A stretch of 64,000 nt of DNA from Basidiobolus meristosporus CBS 931.73 (GCA_002104905.1 MCFE01000284.1:39220-103219); one strand, 5' to 3'. Positions 26,004 through 40,988 are shown, counted from the stretch's first letter. The notes: a model not told the origin generated them from the letters alone. Program-made: numbers and translations.

Positions 26004-27927
26004 GGACCAGCTTGATGTGATGGCGATCAAGCCCATGTATTGAACGTTCAACCAGGAGTCGCTTGAATCATCTTTGAATAAATCCAGTTGAAGCAGTATG
26101 TGATGTATATTCGGAAGTGCGGACACTCAATCATCCTCACTGGTGCCCTAAAGACCTTCATCTATGTTTATATCGCGGGGCTCTAATCCATCGCCGCTCT
26201 CTAGGAAGTGATTGGTGGATGGATTGCGTTGTAGATTGCTCCCAACTAACATTGGCTTTGTTCCAATCGGCCATTGGGTGCTCAGGATATCGTTGATCAA
26301 TTGCATCACCCGTTGTAGGCACCCTTGCAAATCACTATCATCCAAACTGTTTATCAATGTTTCCAAACCCATGTGGGATGTCTGAGTCTCAATATACAAA
26401 TCAAAACACCATGTGCTAACCACACCCGACCCCGTCTGGCTAACACCGGGTTGACCTCGGACGGTTGACAATCCCCAAACCGCTACTTTAATCCAGGATA
26501 CCAAAGTGCCACACAACGTCAGACCAATTTAAGTCAGATGATGCTCAACAAGGATATAGCTTCGTCATTCCGTGTGCTCCGACACACACACGCGCGCTCG
26601 AGTACAGCTCGAAAGTCGGCCTTGGTTGCTCAACAAGCGTACGCTTAATATGGCACAGTCTATATGTGCGCTGTCTCTATATATAAGCTTTATGCGTTTA
26701 ATCAATGTCACCTCCTCAATACTAGGTTTGGCTAACATCAGCGTCAGCACGATCAGTTGTTAGGGTGATCTCTTCAGCCTCGGATTTCCCCGAGTGATGT
26801 CATTGTGGGTCCTCCGACGCTGAAATGAATACGATGGCAGGTTCTGGCTGAAACATGTGATATCACGGAGCATCCGGACTTGGTGCTTGGAACAGGGTGG
26901 GTTGGATGCAAGCTAGATAGGTGACAACTCCGAACAGTCGAGCGAGGCCATGATCACCTTAATCTCTATCAACGCTTAACATATTTATCGATCATCACCT
27001 GGTCCATTGGCTTCGGCCTTAATTTCCCGGGAAAGTCAAGATGATTTTTCACATCATGATACTCGTTATTGGGTTTGATTTCAAGGATGATGTATTCATG
27101 ACGAGATGCCGGCCAATCAAAGCCCGGACGATTACATCACCGCTAGGTGATTTCATCATGCTTGCCAACTTTCCCCAAATGGCTAACATGGTGTACACAA
27201 TGATTCTTGATGCTCCATTAATAAGAGAGAGCTGGAGATACAGAAACCGAGTCATGGAGCCGAAATGGCATGGTAACATGGTGCCTCAACTGCTGAATGG
27301 TCTCCGACGTTAGCCAGAAGAGGAAACAGCATCCATTTGAGTAGATGCCTGTCTCCAGTTGGGGTGAAGCGCTTTGCAGTAGCCATCTAATCTGTTGCGT
27401 ATTCAGAGCCCCATATAGTAAGCTTTAATTTAGCGGAATCCCAAGATGGGCTGGACCTGCGGCAGACTTGGGAATGGAGGTATTCTCTCAGCTGTGGATG
27501 GTGCTGAGGTTATATGGGGTGAATATTCATTCAATAAAATGTACAGGTTGTGGGGTGACACACCACTAATTCGCTTTTGGATTTGATCAACTTGATATCA
27601 ACTGAATTAGCTGCATTTTTGAGTCAGAGCATATGGATGTTGCGGTGAACATGCGATTTCGTACAGGAGGATTTCAGTTAGCCTGGCATTGGAAGTTGCA
27701 TTAATTGGACAACGAGCCAATCTACAGATTTATGTGGATCACAATGGACATAATGAGATTACTGCATTTGGAAGCGCATCCCAACGGAATCTAGTATATA
27801 AGCCTTGCGCATCTCCTGATGAAATCACCAACACTTGACTGTCCAAGATATACAGGCTTTGCCAATTGTTTGTTCTCACAAAATATCGTAATCATTAGAC
27901 AACCCCAAGTACCTAATCACCACCAAC

Positions 27928-28878
27928 ATGAGCGAAACTGTTACTCGACTTGGCATTCCGCGCTCGGACTTTCCTGAAGGTTCGTCAGCGGCCACGCTTT
28001 GAAGCGCCCTCAAACGATACTAATTTTGTTTGTATTTCACATCAGATGTGGGCGCGCCAACCCCAACTCGATTCCTACTTGAGTGCGGTGAGTATCGATT
28101 GACCCCTAGCCTTTCGTCATTGGGAGAGATCAATCCATTCGAAGCAAGTTTTACAACCTGTGGGAAGAAGGACCCGCTACCAGGGCTTAACCCCACACAT
28201 AGTACCTTCACTGTCCCAACTTCCAACGTCAGCACCACAATTCACAATGAACCAGTGTCCGTTGCTCCCTCTCTGTCGGCGAAAGCCACGATGCCGTTCA
28301 TGGCAGAGAGGCAGCCGTATGAGTCTTCAACATCGTTTATCCCCGAAAAGCTGCCACAAATGTCCAAGCCACCCGCTTCGGTAGAGGAATACCAGGATCG
28401 CGACAGTAGCTCCGATGAAAGAAAAGAGCCATCCTCAGGGTCGAAAAGAAAAGGGTCTACTCATTCAGAGAAGGACGAGGAGAAGCGCAAACGCTTTTTG
28501 GAACGGAACAGAGTGGCGGCCTCCAAGTGCAGGCAGAAGAAGAAGGTATGGGTTAAAGAGCTGGAGCACAAATCGGACGAAATAACCGCAAGAAACAAGC
28601 AACTGCAACATATCGTAGGCCAGTTGAAGGAGGAGCTACTGCAGCTCAAGAGTCAACTACTCGGCCATCGCAATTGCAACTGTAACGTTATTCAGCAGTA
28701 CGTCCAAACCAGTGGGCATTTCAGTCAAGTTCCTGATGCGATTGGTGGGCCGGTCAACACCATCGTAGGAGCACCTCTTCCTGGGCTACTTTCTACCGGT
28801 CCGCATGGTATGCATCCAGAGATCTCTGGGCCAAAGATGAGCTCAGTGGCTGGTGCCCCATCTTTTGTTACAAATTAA
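27928..28878 (+). CDS. ATF2/Atf1-like bZIP transcription factor
   Basis: PTPTRFL...NPFEASF motif and basic region EKRKRFLERNRVAASKCRQKKK with a leucine zipper; first exon and intron (GTTCGT...CTAAT...CAG) inferred. Confidence 0.88.
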
Positions 28879-29461
28879 TAAGTCTTGTCGTATTTTTTGA
28901 CCGCTATTGTTACCACACCTCTAGCTTATAGCGAACAAAAACCTGTAAATAATACAATAGTTAAAAGAGAATACCAACTGACATCATTGGACTTTGATTA
29001 CATCATCGTTTCTGTATCTCGGTTCGCGCGAGACAAACTGTACTTCATCCAAATGAGCTTCAGAAGTGTCTATCAATCCTTGATGAATGTATGGAGCAGT
29101 GCAGATCATTACAGCTGCTACCCATTCACGACCGCACTTACTCGGCCACGATCGGGCTTGGATCCCTGTTGCCGGGATAAGGGGCCGGGGTTTCAGTGGG
29201 TCAGCATATCCGTACCTACCCATCGAATGCAGCTATAAGCACACAGCAGAAAAGACAAGGCGTTCGGCGCCAACGATGCTTACTTCCATCGTAGGCGCGG
29301 AAACCAAGTGGCCATCTGTTCGGGTTGCAAGGCGAATTGTGTTTATTATGAAGTTCTCTTGGAGTGCATGAATTGTGAAGTGTATGTGATACGAAAAGTC
29401 CGTGAACCGGTTATTCGGCAGGAACGGTCTTGGTTGGTCTTCCAACTGCTTTACTTCAGAC

Positions 29462-29892
29462 TTATTGAAGCCCAGCGAAAAGTTTAGGGGCAACCTAGAA
29501 ACACGGTGAACATCAAGTCAAGGACATATCAAGAGGAATCCTGCTTACACAAGTATCAATGCAATGTTGTAGGTGGAAGAATTCTTCAACACAGTTCTCG
29601 TTGGAGCCATTGGCCACTCTGGCAGCACATTCTTCAAGATGGTGCTTGTAGGAAGCGCACTTGGAAGAATTGCCACATTCTGGTTGAGGATATTAAGGAG
29701 TCAATGAAACGTTATGAAACCATTTATGATAATCAACAAGTTCCCACCTTCTTCAAGTTGTGGTTTAGTGTCCTCGGGCTCTTCCTCCTCCTCCTCCTCC
29801 TCCACCTCTTCTTCGACTTGCTCTTCTACGTCTTGAGACTCTTCTTCAGCGAAAACAGTAGGGAACAATTCTTCAAAAGCCTTGAAAATCAT
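29462..29892 (-). CDS. QCR6: Cytochrome bc1 complex hinge subunit (Qcr6/UQCRH), two introns
   Basis: Acidic N-terminus, then ECGNSSKC...HLEECAARV...ENCVEEFFHLQHCIDTC|VAPKLF. Confidence 0.9.
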
Positions 29893-30475
29893 TGTAAGTG
29901 CGCAGATGCTAAGGGTGATAGTAACAGCCAAGAAAGGTCAAGTGATGTATTTTGCACTTATGAGTGGGTAGAGTAAAATATTTGTTAAACATTTTGGGGT
30001 GATGATATCCACCTTCCCCCACATCAAAATTTATTCCCATTTCATGTCCCGAAATGCCAGTGATGGGAGAGGGTGGGCGATTCAACATCGATCGATCCTC
30101 AAATGAATTGTCGGATCCGAATGCGACAGTTGGCCAGGCACGAGGAACAACCGACTCGGGAAATATACAGACATCGTTTAACTGATGTATTCTCCAGCCT
30201 AAGATGACGGGTCCATTCCCAATTTATTGTTGGTAACAAATTACACACAGGACACTATATTGCTTGAAAGCATCACAAAATAGAGGTAAACGACAGTATA
30301 GCATAATCGCTGAGGCACTTCGGGATTTCTGGCGCATATGATTCATGAATTGGAAATGATGCTTTACCAAGAGTGTTTGGAATCATACAGAAATTGTCGG
30401 ATATATTAATAAATAGTGGTGTAGTATCAACCAAGGAACACGCGTGAGTTATGCAAAACAAAATGGGCTCCCAGA

Positions 30476-33086
30476 TCAGTAGCGTCTTCTCGCGTTGTTA
30501 CTCATTAACACGTGTTTCTTTTTGCCTTTCTTTCCAACCAAGACTTCCTCTTTGCCATACTCGAGTTGGCTTGAGGACTCCAAAGCCTTTGCAAAGGTAC
30601 CCCCCTGATTACCACTAGCCCAGTTCTGAGCTTGTGCACTTGGCAAGTGACCTGTTTCGGGCGCGACTGCAGGTTGTAGAGGGGCCGGAGAACTCAGACT
30701 GGTAATTGGTGCCTGAAAAAATGGGTCGTTCTTGATAAATTCGTCTTCGGCAGGGGTTCTGTTCGACTTGTATAACGGCTCCTGTGCAAGCAGGCGCTGC
30801 CTTTCCTCCTTGCGTTCTTTCTGCTTTCTTTTGCTTTTGCGTTGACGAAGTTCATCTAAAATTGTTTATCATTTAGTATGGTCAACCCCAACAGACATTA
30901 GGCATGATACTTACTTGCGAACATATTAAAAGTTTTCTTGGAAACGATGTTCTTCAAGTCAATCTCGACAAAAGTGATATCACAGCTAACCGGGAGATGA
31001 CTTAAATACTTGAATCTCTTGCGTAATTCCTAGGATCATGAAGGTACGTCGGTAGGTGCTCTACACACGCAGCGTCAAGATGGCACTTACCGGATTAATA
31101 GTGGATTCCTCAAGGCTAATCATGGGTGCAGATATCTCATCCGGGAAGTTCTCGTATGCGCCAAACTCTTCCCTTAGAATTTTGATGTCCAGTGGGTGTA
31201 GGTACACATGCTGCCCATCAGCTGCCTGGTAAAAGAAGTAATTCCCATCCGCAACAGAGGAATCCTGCTTTACATTGCCTTTTGATTCCGAGGATTCCAT
31301 GACTGTGTCCGTTTTCGAATAAATATGCGCATCATGCATGGCACCATAGGGAATCGAGCTCGATGTCTCTATATAGTGTGTATGATTGAGGTTCTTGTGA
31401 TTTGAATCCTCTGATTCATCGTCTTCGCAGTCTGAGAAAGCTGGTTCATGCTCCTAAAACACATCGATGTTAGCCCATAGCCCATGACACAATGTCTCTC
31501 TTTAGTACTACTTGATTGTTTTCGTGGTAGGCTTTTATGACTGATTCGAATTCATCAATGTGTGCTTTGCTTGCCGGCTCATTGGCTGGGGAGGTGAGCT
31601 CTGGTAACTGAGCATCAGGCAGCATGTTAGCAGCTGCCCTTTTCTCAATGCTATCTCTAACTGGGCTTAGACGGAGGAGCTCGAGTTGACTCTAAACAAA
31701 AATAATGTTCGTTATCTGCCATAGTGCGATCAATGCCAACCCAGAGGTTACCTTCACTTTTTCGAGAGCACTATTGATGAATGGCATCTCCTCCTGTGCG
31801 CCCCAACCCTTGGCGTCCTCCAATGCGCCCTCTAACTCGGATATATTACGAAGATACTCTTTTTCCATATACGAAGTGGTAGGAAGGACCAGTCTTGCAT
31901 ACGACAAAGCACAGGGGGTGAAGTCCCAAGGTATGAATGGGGCTTCGGAAAATTTCTCTGGGTTCAATTTGGCCATAGCTACTCGAGGTAGGACTATATT
32001 TGAGATTGGCGCCTTCTGCATTAAATTGAATATGATCGAGTCGTTCTTGATCTCTTTGTTGGTTAAAAACAAGCCTTCTATATGCTGTACACTCTTCAAG
32101 TCTTTTTCATAGATGGCGTCCCAACACACCGGGCATTTCCTCCATTTTTTCTTTTCTTCGCCAACACTAAGGTAATGCAAGACACATTGATAGCAGTAGA
32201 TATGGCCACACTTGGTAACACGCGCAGCACACGGCTCCGAAAGACAGATCGGACAGGTAACTGGTGATTGACTAGTGATGATCACTTGCTCAATATCTTC
32301 CCAGTTAATATTGACATCTGAAGTGACCAGCAAGCATGTTGGTGAGTATGGCATTGGCATGGCCGGTAAGGGATTAGGTAATACCTGGGTCGACAGATTG
32401 CACAGTGTAGTCTCCAGTAGGATTGACCAAGAATCGGAAGCTTGGTGAATTCGATATCCATTACTACACATATCAACGCTAAACCGCCATGGATAGTCAC
32501 TTACTTGGCATTGATAAAGCGCTCTTTGTTGAAAGGTTGATGATTAGAGCTCTTAGACTTTCTAGGAAGGTGGCTAATAGGGCGTTGGCGAGGGGGTAAG
32601 GAGAAATTCAACAAGTGATTCATGGAAATTTGGCCGCGCTTATTAGGTGCCCCGATCTATGTCAAAACAAAAGGTCAAACTAGCCACCTCTGGAGGATCC
32701 TGATTCGACGAAAAACCCACCTCCAATTGATCAAACGACAAGCCAGAAATGGAATCGGAAACGGAATCAGGATCAGACGTCTTTCTATGTCTTGAAGGCG
32801 CGTGGTCATTGCTGGCTTTTCGTTCTTGTTGGTTACTGTTTCTATTCCTGTGACCGTGGTTCTGGGAGGAACCTGATCCTAATGAATAAAGAAGACAGTA
32901 AATACACAGTTGTGGGGGCTCGAAATAGGTGAAATGCCAAGCCCCCTAGGTACCTCGTTGATTATTCGATCCTCTCGAAGGGCGTTCTTGGTTTTGTCTA
33001 TGGCCAGTTCGCTTTGATAAATCGGGAGTTTTTTTTATGTTTTGAGGAGTAAGTGTAGGTGTAAATACAGGTGCGTTAACGTTCAT
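30476..33086 (-). CDS. MAG2: RING E3 ligase RNF10/Mag2-like, multi-exon
   Basis: ISMNHLLNF...FNKERFINAN, C3HC4 RING CPIC..CGHIYC..C..WRKCPVC, FYQAADGQHVYLHPLDIKIL, C-terminal KKGKKKHVLMSNN. Confidence 0.85.
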
Positions 33087-34488
33087 TTCTATGAGGTGTG
33101 GTTGAAGTATAGAAAGTAAATGATTTTGTTGGCAAGTTGATATTAACAAAACTACAGGTCTAAAGGTGGAGTATAGTATCAATGAGTTTCGACAAATGGG
33201 AAATAACTGCTACTTGAAAGAAACTAGAGTTATCTGCTGAAAGCTATTGGGATAGTGTGTACGTGGAGTGAAAGAAGCTCAAAGACGCAGGAAAGCGGAA
33301 AGGACAGTTAAAAGATACCCGAATGATGCTACCCTCATTGGTAGAAATCCATATGTGGTTGAGTAATTCAACCTGAGCTCGTTTTAGCAGTGAGCGGAGC
33401 GGTAACAAGGCCAAATCCATACCCTGTGTCAGGGTAATTTCGACTCATTCCCCAAAGCGATGTTTTTTGAGGCATGCCTCAATGTTCAAAACATACGGAA
33501 TATCGGTAAACAAGATAATTTTCAGTATTCCAACACCCGTGCTGCGGATTGGATGAGAAATCTCGGGCATTCTCTGAACCAAAGATCTCCTAGATTCAAG
33601 CAATGCGACGGACAGAGAGTGAGAATCTCATCACTGGTTGGAAGATACAAGGCGAATAGAAAGTAAGTTACTCAGCACGAAGCAGTCTATAGATCTTATT
33701 GAATGCGCATAGCTGATTGACAGAGAGGTTGATACGATTTAGGGTCCCTTGATCCCATCAGACCGTTGAATGCTTAAACAAAGTGCTCACTATAGTCTGA
33801 GCCGAGATGGGCTTGGGGGTAAGCTAAGGGATTCACATTAAATCTAGCCAGGTGACATTCCTCGGGGTAAATGCTTGAAAGGCTGATCCATACACGTCAA
33901 TTATGTGAGAAGCAATACGATTCGCCCATCGTATGACTAATGATTTCATGACTTCAACGTCACTCTATCGCAGTCAGATGGCAGTGGGGCTTGGGGACGC
34001 AAGGCTTTGTAGCTCGACACTCGATATATAGGCAAGATCAACGCGGTAGGTAGCCCATGCTGTGAGGAATCGCATAGATGTAGTTTAATCGTACACCTGG
34101 AGAGGAGGGGTGCACCGGGTATGGAATGGAAAGGTCGACCTCTGGGAGTTTTCTCACCAGATCTCTTGGACGATATGCATTTGTTTCGGAACCCATTGCG
34201 CATATCAGGTAGATTGGTACTCTAAGCTAGTCTTGATTCGGGATTCCATTGATTTGCTGGCGACTGTTGAATTTCAACTCTGCCAAAGGAGGTGGAGGAA
34301 ATCCGAACAAGAACTAGCCATACCTTAGATTAAGGTCGCGTAAGTAAGATGTAGGACTAGGAATACAACTCTACTTTTTAGGTGGACAGCTCACGACAAG
34401 CTGTATCCACGATATTTAATGCTTTACTCATTTTCCTTAAAGACAACACATTCTTGGTTTAGAAGATACATCAACAAACACCGGAGGC

Positions 34489-34755
34489 CTAAGCAATTTG
34501 TACATATCTACTGCCATGATATTTCGTGATAATATACCATGCGTGGAAAACGGGTATCAGCCCAATGGTCCATTCGAAGCCATATAGGAAGTGATTTCCA
34601 AGATAGTATGGCATGTAGACTGGAACCGTAATTGCCAAAGTCAAGCAAAGATTGATCCAAAAATCCGCTCTAAACTCTCTTCGTATGTACACTGCCAAAG
34701 GTGGGATGAGGAGGCCAACGATTAAAAGTAAAATATCAGATTGATTATAGCGCAT
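34489..34755 (-). CDS. PMP3/RCI2-family small membrane proteolipid
   Basis: DILLLIVGLLIPPLAVY..DFWINLCLTL...HAWYII; an internal intron or insertion is unresolved. Confidence 0.75.
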   Translation of the reverse strand: MRYNQSDILLLIVGLLIPPLAVYIRREFRADFWINLCLTLAITVPVYMPYYLGNHFLYGFEWTIGLIPVFHAWYIITKYHGSRYVQIA

Positions 34756-35854
34756 AGGTGGCAAATAAATCGCTTCCCTTATCAGTGTCGCTATTATATA
34801 CGCAAATCCAGTCAAGGACACGTGTTAAAGACCTCGCCAACGTAAGTAAGGTTTTAATTATCGAGTGACGAGGACACATGTGCTAAAACCATGTCTCCCT
34901 TCATAGGGGGAAATTGGATCAACCTCGTATATGCACGCAAATAGGTTTCTGTTGGGATTCATTCTTATTTAAAATGATGCTGACACGGAAACCATGAGCA
35001 CCCGGGCGAAAACAGCTTGGGAGGATTTACGTAAGCCGCCTGCAACTCTACACGGTTGGAATCCCATTCTGAAGGTTCAAGACGACAGCTTTCTTTTTCG
35101 ATTTTGTTTGCCATGTTTGGGATGAGACATTGTCGCATGTGTTAGTCTTATTGTATCCACTCTTCTGCTGAATAGGGGAGGGCGAAGCTTATTCTGAAGT
35201 CACCTGCTTTTCTCCTGTGTATTTGTGTGCCTTTCCTGAGGCAGGGCGTCCCTGTTTGGGATCACATGAGCCTCACCAACAGGTAGCTGTTGGTTGGTCG
35301 GCTTAGAGGTTGAAGCACGCGAATAGAGATGTATCACCATAGCTGGAGGGAGCGGGAGGTCTTACACACCATCTCATACGCACTGACATTGCCGTTTAAT
35401 TTCGGTTATTTCTGATAAAAGCAACTGGCATAGATTAAGTTGTATGTATGCCTTCTAGATAACCATAAAGCAGCACGGCGGTAACGCATGTGATGTGAAG
35501 GGACTCTTACCGCCATCTCAGTTGCATTGGATTTAATTGGCCAGCATTTGCAATCTTGAACCCTGCTTAAAAATATTCATTTTACAATAGAGGCAGAGGT
35601 CATCTCAGAGCGCACTCCCATCGCCCCAAATTGGTTACAATGGGATGCATTCCACTAAGCTGATCATTTCCAGGATTTGGTAACTTCGAAGAAATATCAA
35701 TTTCATTGTATGATGGCGAACACAGTGGTATCCATAAATTTTCGATCGGAAAAAAAAAACGTGACCTAGGGAACAAGCCAGATTATAAGCAATTGCGGGT
35801 CTTAGAGAGCTCCTTCTCCCGGTTGATTAGTTACTTTGGTCACAAGAGCTCAAA

Positions 35855-37084
35855 ATGGACACTCTTATCTTACGTGGAACCCTTGAAGGTTAGTTTTGAC
35901 AGATTCTGTTACATGATCCTCCAGATCTCATCCCTGACATCCACCAGATGGATGGATACATCATATTCAATCGATTCTAACTCTATGTAACAGGTCATAC
36001 TGGATGGGTCACTGCCATCGCTACCTCCTCTGAAAACCCTGACATGATTTTGTCTGCTTCCCGCGACAAGTCAATCCTCATCTGGCATTTGACTCGCGAT
36101 GAGACCCAATACGGTGTCCCTCGCAAGTCTCTTCGTGGCCACAACCACTTCGTTTCTGACGTTGCCATCTCCTCTGACGGCCAATTTGCCCTCTCTGCCT
36201 CTTGGGATAAAACCCTTCGCCTGTGGGACCTCAACACTGGTGCCACTACCCGTAGATTCGTCGGTCACGATAAGGATGTCACCACTGTTGCTTTCTCTGC
36301 TGACAACCGCCAAATTGTCTCCGGTTCCCGCGACAAGAGCATCAAGTTGTGGAACACCCTTGGTGAATGTAAATACAACCTTACCGAGAACGGCCACTCC
36401 GAGTGGGTCTCCTGCGTGAGATTCTCTCCCAACCCTGCCAACCCTGTCATTGTTTCTGCTGGATGGGATAAGCTTGTTAAGGTATGCCTTCTCCCAAGAC
36501 ATCACTCCCCCTTCCTCTCGATGATGTTTCTATATATTTGCTACTTCAGACGAGGGTCGCTCCTCAAATGAGACAAATTTCACCAAAATTCTGATGCTTT
36601 CTTGCATTTCCACCAATCACTAGTTGGAGTATCCATGTTAACACACTCTTTGATCGTATAGGTCTGGGATCTCTCCAAGTGCAAGATCCGCACCAACCAC
36701 ATTGGCCACACCGGTTATGTCAACACCGTTACCATCTCCCCTGATGGCTCCCTTTGCGCCTCTGGCGGTAAGGATGGTGTTGTTATGCTGTGGGATCTTA
36801 ACGAAGGCAAGCACCTTTACTCTTTGGAGGCTGGTGATGAAATCAACGCTTTGATTTTCAGCCCCAACAGATACTGGCTCTGCGCTGCCACCTCCTCCGG
36901 CATCAAGATCTGGGATTTGGAGTCCAAATCTATTGTCGATGAGCTTCGTCCTGAGTTTGTTGGTGTTGGCCGTAAATCTGCCGATCCCCAATGCGTCTCC
37001 CTCGCCTGGTCCGCTGATGGTAACACTCTCTTCTCTGGTTATACCGACAACCTGATCCGTGTCTGGCAAGTCATCAGAGCTTAA
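35855..37084 (+). CDS. ASC1: RACK1/Asc1/Cpc2 WD40 ribosomal scaffold
   Basis: [60 protein letters not shown]; two introns. Confidence 0.96.
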
Positions 37085-37343
37085 GTTAATTTATCTTTTA
37101 GCTCGTACTTATTACAGTGTAAAAATAAATTCTATTGAACCACCATTTTCATGGCCAAACTTTCTTCAAAACCACGAATTCTGAATGACCCTACGCATCA
37201 TGATGCCCTGCATTTGATCAATGCGATACGACGATCGATTGGTAGCCTGATCAAAAAATACGCTTCACAGACACTGGTTACATTGCAGCCACGATAATAC
37301 TTGCGTGCGATATGCTGTACTTGGAAGTACTCTCTCCTCGAAC

Positions 37344-37875
37344 ATGTCTACTTCTCGCCAAAGGATCTCTACGACCACCAGTAAAGCAAGTTTTGATGAG
37401 AAGGTGGTTGGTATACACCAGGTAGAAAAGGAGAAGCAGAAGAAATCCCCTCTCCTCAAAAAGCTGGAGCAACTCGGATTCGTCTTATTTGCCGTGTGGT
37501 TTGGCTGGATATTTGAAGTATTGGAGGTTCCCTACGACCCACGTCTATACGAGTAGAGTTAGATTTCTATTATGACTTGTGGGCATTACTGATTTTTCCT
37601 TTAGCCTATTTTTCAAAGCAGGGATCTTTTCCTTTGGTTTATCCGTCCTAATCTTCGTCTACGTTGCTGTATATCTTCCATATATTGCTGGTACCCCGGT
37701 GGATATGAAGAACTGGCGTATAACCATCCCTCGACACGTACAGGCGTCTACTTTCTCTGGGGTTGTTTCGTATTTCTCATTTACAATCGCTTGTTGGCCA
37801 ATCTGGGGCTTTATGAGCCCTTTGATCGTGTTTGTAGAAGCTATAGGATTTCTCGCATTGTTTAGTATGTTTTAA
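37344..37875 (+). CDS. TMEM128-like multi-pass membrane protein
   Basis: Two exons; hydrophobic helices with C-terminal WPIWGFMSPLIVF resembling the TMEM128 family (recalled similarity, not searched). Confidence 0.6.
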
Positions 37876-38589
37876 AGATTTCCGCATACCAAGCTCGCTC
37901 CCCTAAGGCACTTACCTAGTTAGAAGAAATCCTACCTGCCTTCTTGAAGGGTTTCCTTGCCAATTCCTTTGAACACAAACCGTGGTTTACTGTGGTTCTT
38001 GGATATTTTGAAAAGTAAAGCCTCAAGCACGCAATGACAATGCTTTAGACGTAAAAAGACGATGATGGGGAACTCAAGGACTTAGGCCATAGTAGGCGTT
38101 GAGTAGGTTATTTGTACATCGATGGAATACCGAAGTATGGGATACAAGTGTATGATGTGTTGATTGTAGCCCGCTATGCATACAGCTGATGATTCGATTA
38201 AAGGGATACTTTTCAGAGGTTGTCATGTAATAACAATAATGGCCTTGACAACCAGGGATGGTAGCCCAGGTCTTAGTGCTGCTATAAAGAATCTCAATCT
38301 ACTTCACATTCCTCTAGATTATTCCCACAAAGCATCGTGGTTTCTGATGATTTTATCTTTAATATGATAGATACAGTAAGAGCACACCAGTGCAACCTAC
38401 TATGGCTAGCTGGTACTAGTACCATAAACCCATACACACATTGATGTCTATTAGAGGTTGAAGTGATTTGGCACAGGAAGAGATCAATCCTCCTGGCATA
38501 TGGGGAGCATAGTGGCCTCCAATACGAGAGGCTTCACATAGAATGTCGGAATTCACTGGCATCTGGAGCAGAGATATTGGGTCGTTTGC

Positions 38590-39219
38590 CTAGAATTCTC
38601 GATACAAGAAATCCAGCCAAATGAATAATGTAGCTAGAATCCAACCTCCAAACCCTATCAACATCAAGGTTTTTCCTGTGGAGCAAGCTAGCCCAAGAGG
38701 GCCGCTTTGCAGATGAATGAGGCACCAGCCTTCTGTGAGCATCAGAGAAAACATCACCACACTCCATGCCAGACTCATGCTCAGATGGATCACAAGCTGC
38801 ACGATCCTGTAACGTCTTTTTGTTGATACGTAGTATAGCAAGGGTGTTTCCTCCATATCTGGATCGACTGCTGCCGGCGATTCGGGGGAAATCACATCAT
38901 TTCGGTTAACCGCTTTTAGAAATCCCTCAGCAAGATAGTATGCGGATATTATCCACGAGAAAGCCACGATACAGCATAGCAAGCCATGGAGAAAGCATGG
39001 GCGTGAATAGACAAGGGCTAGAGTGATTCTGAATAGGATGAAGCCGATCACCAAGATGATGGCCCGAAGAAACACCAGTGGTCGCCTATGAAATCGGTTG
39101 CGTTTGCGATCGAGCTGGGGAGACAGGTATTCTGGAGACACGAAGGAGATATACTGCGATCGAAGAGGAATGTCGATTCTCATGGGTGTCCTTCGTTCGT
39201 TCGACTTTGGAAGCGTCAT
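38590..39219 (-). CDS. Uncharacterised 4-TM membrane protein, paralogue 1
   Basis: Intronless ORF with four hydrophobic segments; shares YxSFVSPExLSPQLxRKR and ESPA..D.EE.PL.Y with 40989-41645. Confidence 0.75.
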   Translation of the reverse strand: MTLPKSNERRTPMRIDIPLRSQYISFVSPEYLSPQLDRKRNRFHRRPLVFLRAIILVIGFILFRITLALVYSRPCFLHGLLCCIVAFSWIISAYYLAEGFLKAVNRNDVISPESPAAVDPDMEETPLLYYVSTKRRYRIVQLVIHLSMSLAWSVVMFSLMLTEGWCLIHLQSGPLGLACSTGKTLMLIGFGGWILATLFIWLDFLYREF

Positions 39220-40988
39220 GCTTTGTATTCCGGGCGATGACTGGGAGGGCAAGCCCCTTATTTATACCTCACATAGAATCTGACACAGTCAAGAGTAGCC
39301 GGAGAGAGGAACGCTTGGGGTGAGATCCAAAACGTGTCTATATAATGCGTGTTGTAGCACCATCAGGCCAATGACCTCGATGACCAAAATCATCTTCGCG
39401 GACGGTACATGACTTGGTCTAAGACTTGCCAATTTCCAATCCAAAGAACTGGTGGGCTTTCTGTTTTAAACTAAATCACATAAGCACGCTTCGCAGGCAG
39501 GCCCTTTAAGAGGTCACCATACCATTCAATGAATCTAAATGTATTCCATTTGCAGGATTGTTCAGCCGCCCTTCAAACCAACCACATCCATTGGTCCATG
39601 GGGCTAGGGAGCAGTAATGCATGCAATTGTCCCATATTAGGTAACTGCTTGGACAGCAATGATTCGATACATCCAGAACATTCAGAGATCACAGAGTAGT
39701 AAGAACGGCCCATTGTAGAACCGACGGATGTGGATTTCGGATCAATGAGATGGTTCGACTGGTGCGCAGCGGTGCGGAAAAGAGCGTGCCACAGATCCTG
39801 CAGAATCTGGAGGGCATGGCTCGAGAATAGAGCGATCACCGCCCGGTGTTTGTACACAGGCTCCATTCGCTTGCTGTGCGCGACATCAGTTAGCTGGCCA
39901 GAGGGTGCATCCTCACTACGCCTGATTACCAATTAGGTTGCTATGTAATGGTGCTGGTTCGGCTCGCAAGCTGGCAGCATCCGGAGGTGCACCAGGGTTC
40001 GAGAATGCAGCGGACATGCTTTGTGTTATAAAACACGCTTCCTGTTTAGCGCCATGGAATGAATGTGGTAAGCACGGTTGAGCGTCCCATAATTTAGTGG
40101 GCAATTAGCAAACAGGTAATCATATAATTATTTAAGACATCATTTACGAGAATACGGATCTGGATGAATGATAGGGTACTGTGTCTCCTTGTGACGGGAG
40201 CTTGGTAATTAATTTAGAATTCAATCAGTTTCTTCCAGCCAGCCTAGAGGCATACCGGAGCAGGCCACCTGAATTCTAGGGAATAACATGCCGGGTTGGA
40301 TGGCACGAATTTTCTGGGATTCGGGTAACGGCCGTGTCCGCCCAACCCCCACCCGAGCGAGATTTCTTGTTGGAAAACCAGTTGCTGGAGTGGGGCATAT
40401 TGGGCAGGCCCGTAGATGCTTATATCCACAGATAAGCGAGTTTCCAATTAAATCACCAGCGTCCGAGCACCAGAGCTCTCCCCGAGAGAAGGATTTCACC
40501 CGGCCTCGGCCATGTGACCTGGGGTTTTTGGGTTTCAAACTAATTCAACCTAGAAAATGGGAAGTGGGATACAAATGCCCCTTTCGCCATGGATGTGGTG
40601 GCTTCATTAAGGCTGATGCGGTAGCCTAACCTCTTACCAGTTTCCTGTTTTGTTGTTGTCAGACCAAGGGTTTTGTAGCGCAACGGGTGCCATCATGAAG
40701 TATGAGGTTCGGCAGATGTAACCACCGCTGTGTGAATGGATATGGATCTGATTCATAATTCATGAGCAATAATCGTTGCATGGTGGTCTCGATGGCTATG
40801 CTTTAGTTCCCTATCTCAGGGAATTACACGATCCATACCTGCTGTCCATATTAAGTATTTGATTTTGGACTAGGACCTACCTAATGGGAACCAGGGACAA
40901 GCCAGAAGGTATAAAAGTAGGAGGGGCCGGCGGTGGTAGTTAGAATTCTTTCTCTTAACCTAAAGCCGGTACTCCCAGTCATTTCGAG